Shown one piece after another: positions 39,762 through 41,208 of a stretch of 41,208 bases of DNA. Location: the IMG/VR virus record IMGVR_UViG_3300005535_000011. One strand, written 5' to 3'. A program made the position numbers and the translations under genes. Each line of letters opens with the position of its first letter. Position 1 is the stretch's first letter. Below the pieces are notes generated by a model. That model did not search any database. It was not told the origin of the DNA and saw only the letters and a program-made list of their open reading frames with translations. This DNA comes from a virus.

Positions 39762-40248
39762 GGACAATTTCCCTGGATGGAGCGCGGGCGTCAACTTTAA
39801 GAAGCTCGTAACATTCACGGCCGGTCTAAACATTTCAACTGGTCAGACTATTCAGCTAAACGGTTTGCCCATTCCGACCAACGAATACATTACCAGTAAC
39901 GCTATTGCAGCTGCTGGTTTTGCAGCAGCTGTTCCGATTTACACGTTTCCAAACGACAGTACAACTTGGAAAGTCACAAGTGCTTCTGTACGGTTTACGA
40001 CGGCCGGCGGCTCTAGTGCTGCGGCTCAGGTGGAGCTATCTGCATCTGGCACGGCGCCTGGTTCTGGGACGAACCAACTTACGGCCGGAATGGCGTTGAC
40101 TGGTACGGCCAATACGGTCGTGAACGGTACTGTTATCGCATCTCCGACCACGGCATCGGCTGGTTACTCGCTTAACCTTGTGCCGAGCGGAACTATGACT
40201 GGGCTAGTAGGCATGGTTGTTACCGTTGCTATGCAGCGCGTGTCTTGA
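39748..40248 (+). CDS. virion-module protein (166 aa)
   Basis: AGGAG RBS. Ala/Thr/Gly-rich. Confidence 0.55.
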   Translation: MMYFEDNFPGWSAGVNFKKLVTFTAGLNISTGQTIQLNGLPIPTNEYITSNAIAAAGFAAAVPIYTFPNDSTTWKVTSASVRFTTAGGSSAAAQVELSASGTAPGSGTNQLTAGMALTGTANTVVNGTVIASPTTASAGYSLNLVPSGTMTGLVGMVVTVAMQRVS

Positions 40249-40264
40249 AATGCTTAAGCTAAAA

Positions 40265-40273
40265 TGGTATAGT
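40265..40273 (+). promoter_or_regulatory. Extended -10 promoter TGgTATAGT
   Basis: Located in the 51-nt gap upstream of gene 40300. Confidence 0.4.
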
Positions 40274-40299
40274 TAGGTTATAAGTTAGAGGCGTAATTT

Positions 40300-41145
40300 A
40301 TGCACCCTGATACCTACGGCATGGTACAGACTGACTCGGGTCAGCCCGAGGAACGTTTAGAAAAAATCGAAACACCAAAACCAAGAAACGACGAGAACGA
40401 TACCCTATGGATTAAAAACATTGACACCGATTGTTACGATACCACATATGAGCCGGTTCGTGTTTCTGAACGGTGGCGTGAGCCCGAAAGCGGACGTATC
40501 AAAGTAAGCTTTAGGGATCATGTCTATTCTTTTGAGCACGGCGAAAAGTTCCAAGTCCGCTGGTCTGGTCAGGTATTCAGTATTAAACCTGGGGAAGTGG
40601 CGCGTATGCCTCGTTTCTTGGGCGAGCACTTCGCTACGCAGTTGGCTGACCATATTCTTGGCAAAATGGGTGACTCACAAGGAAAAATGCTGAGGAATGA
40701 CCCTATACGGCGCCCTGAGATTATCAAAAAGATCATCATCAAAGAAGAACCGTACTTCTTTAGCGGGCCGCAGAGCGTGGGAGAAGAAACGCTAAAGCAG
40801 TTTGAAGATATGAACAAGCCACAAATCTCTGGTATCGGCGGCGATAATTACGACAATAAGGGCCAAGCGGGCATTGACCTTTCGGAAGGCGACGGCATAA
40901 CCAAAGACAGTATTATTACGCCCGTTGGCTTAATCAACAAAACGTCGGTTGAATCGACAGAAGATGTCATAAAACGCATTAAGGCCGATACTGAAACGCC
41001 CGAAGATAGCCTCAACGTTCCCGAGGACTGGCAAAAGTACTCCAAGGTCGAGCTAGTTAATCTTATTCGGAATATGGCACCTGACTATAAATTCGGCACT
41101 AATTATACAAAAGCTCAATTAGTAGGAATCTTGCAAAGGTTTTAG
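40300..41145 (+). CDS. hypothetical protein (281 aa)
   Basis: Preceded by TGgTATAGT and an AGAGG RBS. Its 3' end lies in the terminal repeat. Confidence 0.6.
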   Translation: MHPDTYGMVQTDSGQPEERLEKIETPKPRNDENDTLWIKNIDTDCYDTTYEPVRVSERWREPESGRIKVSFRDHVYSFEHGEKFQVRWSGQVFSIKPGEVARMPRFLGEHFATQLADHILGKMGDSQGKMLRNDPIRRPEIIKKIIIKEEPYFFSGPQSVGEETLKQFEDMNKPQISGIGGDNYDNKGQAGIDLSEGDGITKDSIITPVGLINKTSVESTEDVIKRIKADTETPEDSLNVPEDWQKYSKVELVNLIRNMAPDYKFGTNYTKAQLVGILQRF

Positions 41146-41208
41146 TATGGAAGAGATCAAAGCACAAGAATCAGAACTCACACCCGACCAACAGGATGAG
41201 AAAAACTG
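41089..41208. repeat. Terminal direct repeat, right copy (identical to 1..120)
   Basis: Identical 120-mer at both window ends. 41147..41208 duplicates the first 62 nt of CDS 59..292. Confidence 0.95.

Overview
The window is an essentially complete dsDNA tailed-phage genome. Bases 1..120 are identical to 41089..41208, so it is a circularly closed or terminally redundant assembly with a unique length of 41088 bp. It uses the standard genetic code, packs genes tightly and has many ATGA/TAATG-coupled genes. Two divergent arms start at an ORF-free control region (27910..28509) and converge head-on at 13058/13059. The rightward arm (28510 -> end -> 1 -> 13058) encodes an XRE-type HTH regulator, peptide deformylase and small and large terminase. 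It continues with a lysis cassette (membrane protein plus CHAP-LysM endolysin), portal, scaffold, major capsid, fibre/tailspike-like proteins and Gly/Gln-rich internal-virion-like proteins. The leftward arm (27909 -> 13059) encodes a tyrosine integrase next to a tRNA-3'-half attP, then many small early genes. Among these are zinc-ribbon proteins, a P-loop ATPase, an HNH endonuclease, an MT-A70 methyltransferase and a YdcK-like protein with 37 hexapeptide repeats. It ends with a translationally coupled groES-orf-orf-groEL-orf-orf cassette. I recognised no DNA polymerase, helicase or primase and no tail tube, sheath or classic tape-measure module, so the virion is probably podovirus-like and replication host-dependent. 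Promoters readable in the sequence are mostly extended -10 (TGnTATAAT), and several genes look leaderless. The most unusual part is the integrase neighbourhood, 26226..28509. It holds about 1.4 kb of ORF-free, highly structured DNA with perfect 21-bp and 19-bp stems and a 78-nt three-helix hairpin. It also has two tandem terminators after the tRNA fragment and a 24-bp perfect inverted repeat bracketing the whole integrase/attP module. The right copy of that repeat forms the 5' end of a promoter-to-terminator mini-transcript of about 60 nt. With no leftward protein repressor gene visible, this suggests RNA-based regulation or immunity, but that is a hypothesis only. Other notable signals are a conserved leader box (AACACGCGGAATGCGGTT) just after the promoter in front of several late (virion) gene blocks, and four tandem leftward promoters in a 0.5-kb noncoding island upstream of groES. 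The 666-bp repeat array varies at only 4 of every 18 nucleotides. All functional calls come from reading motifs in the translations; no database search was possible.
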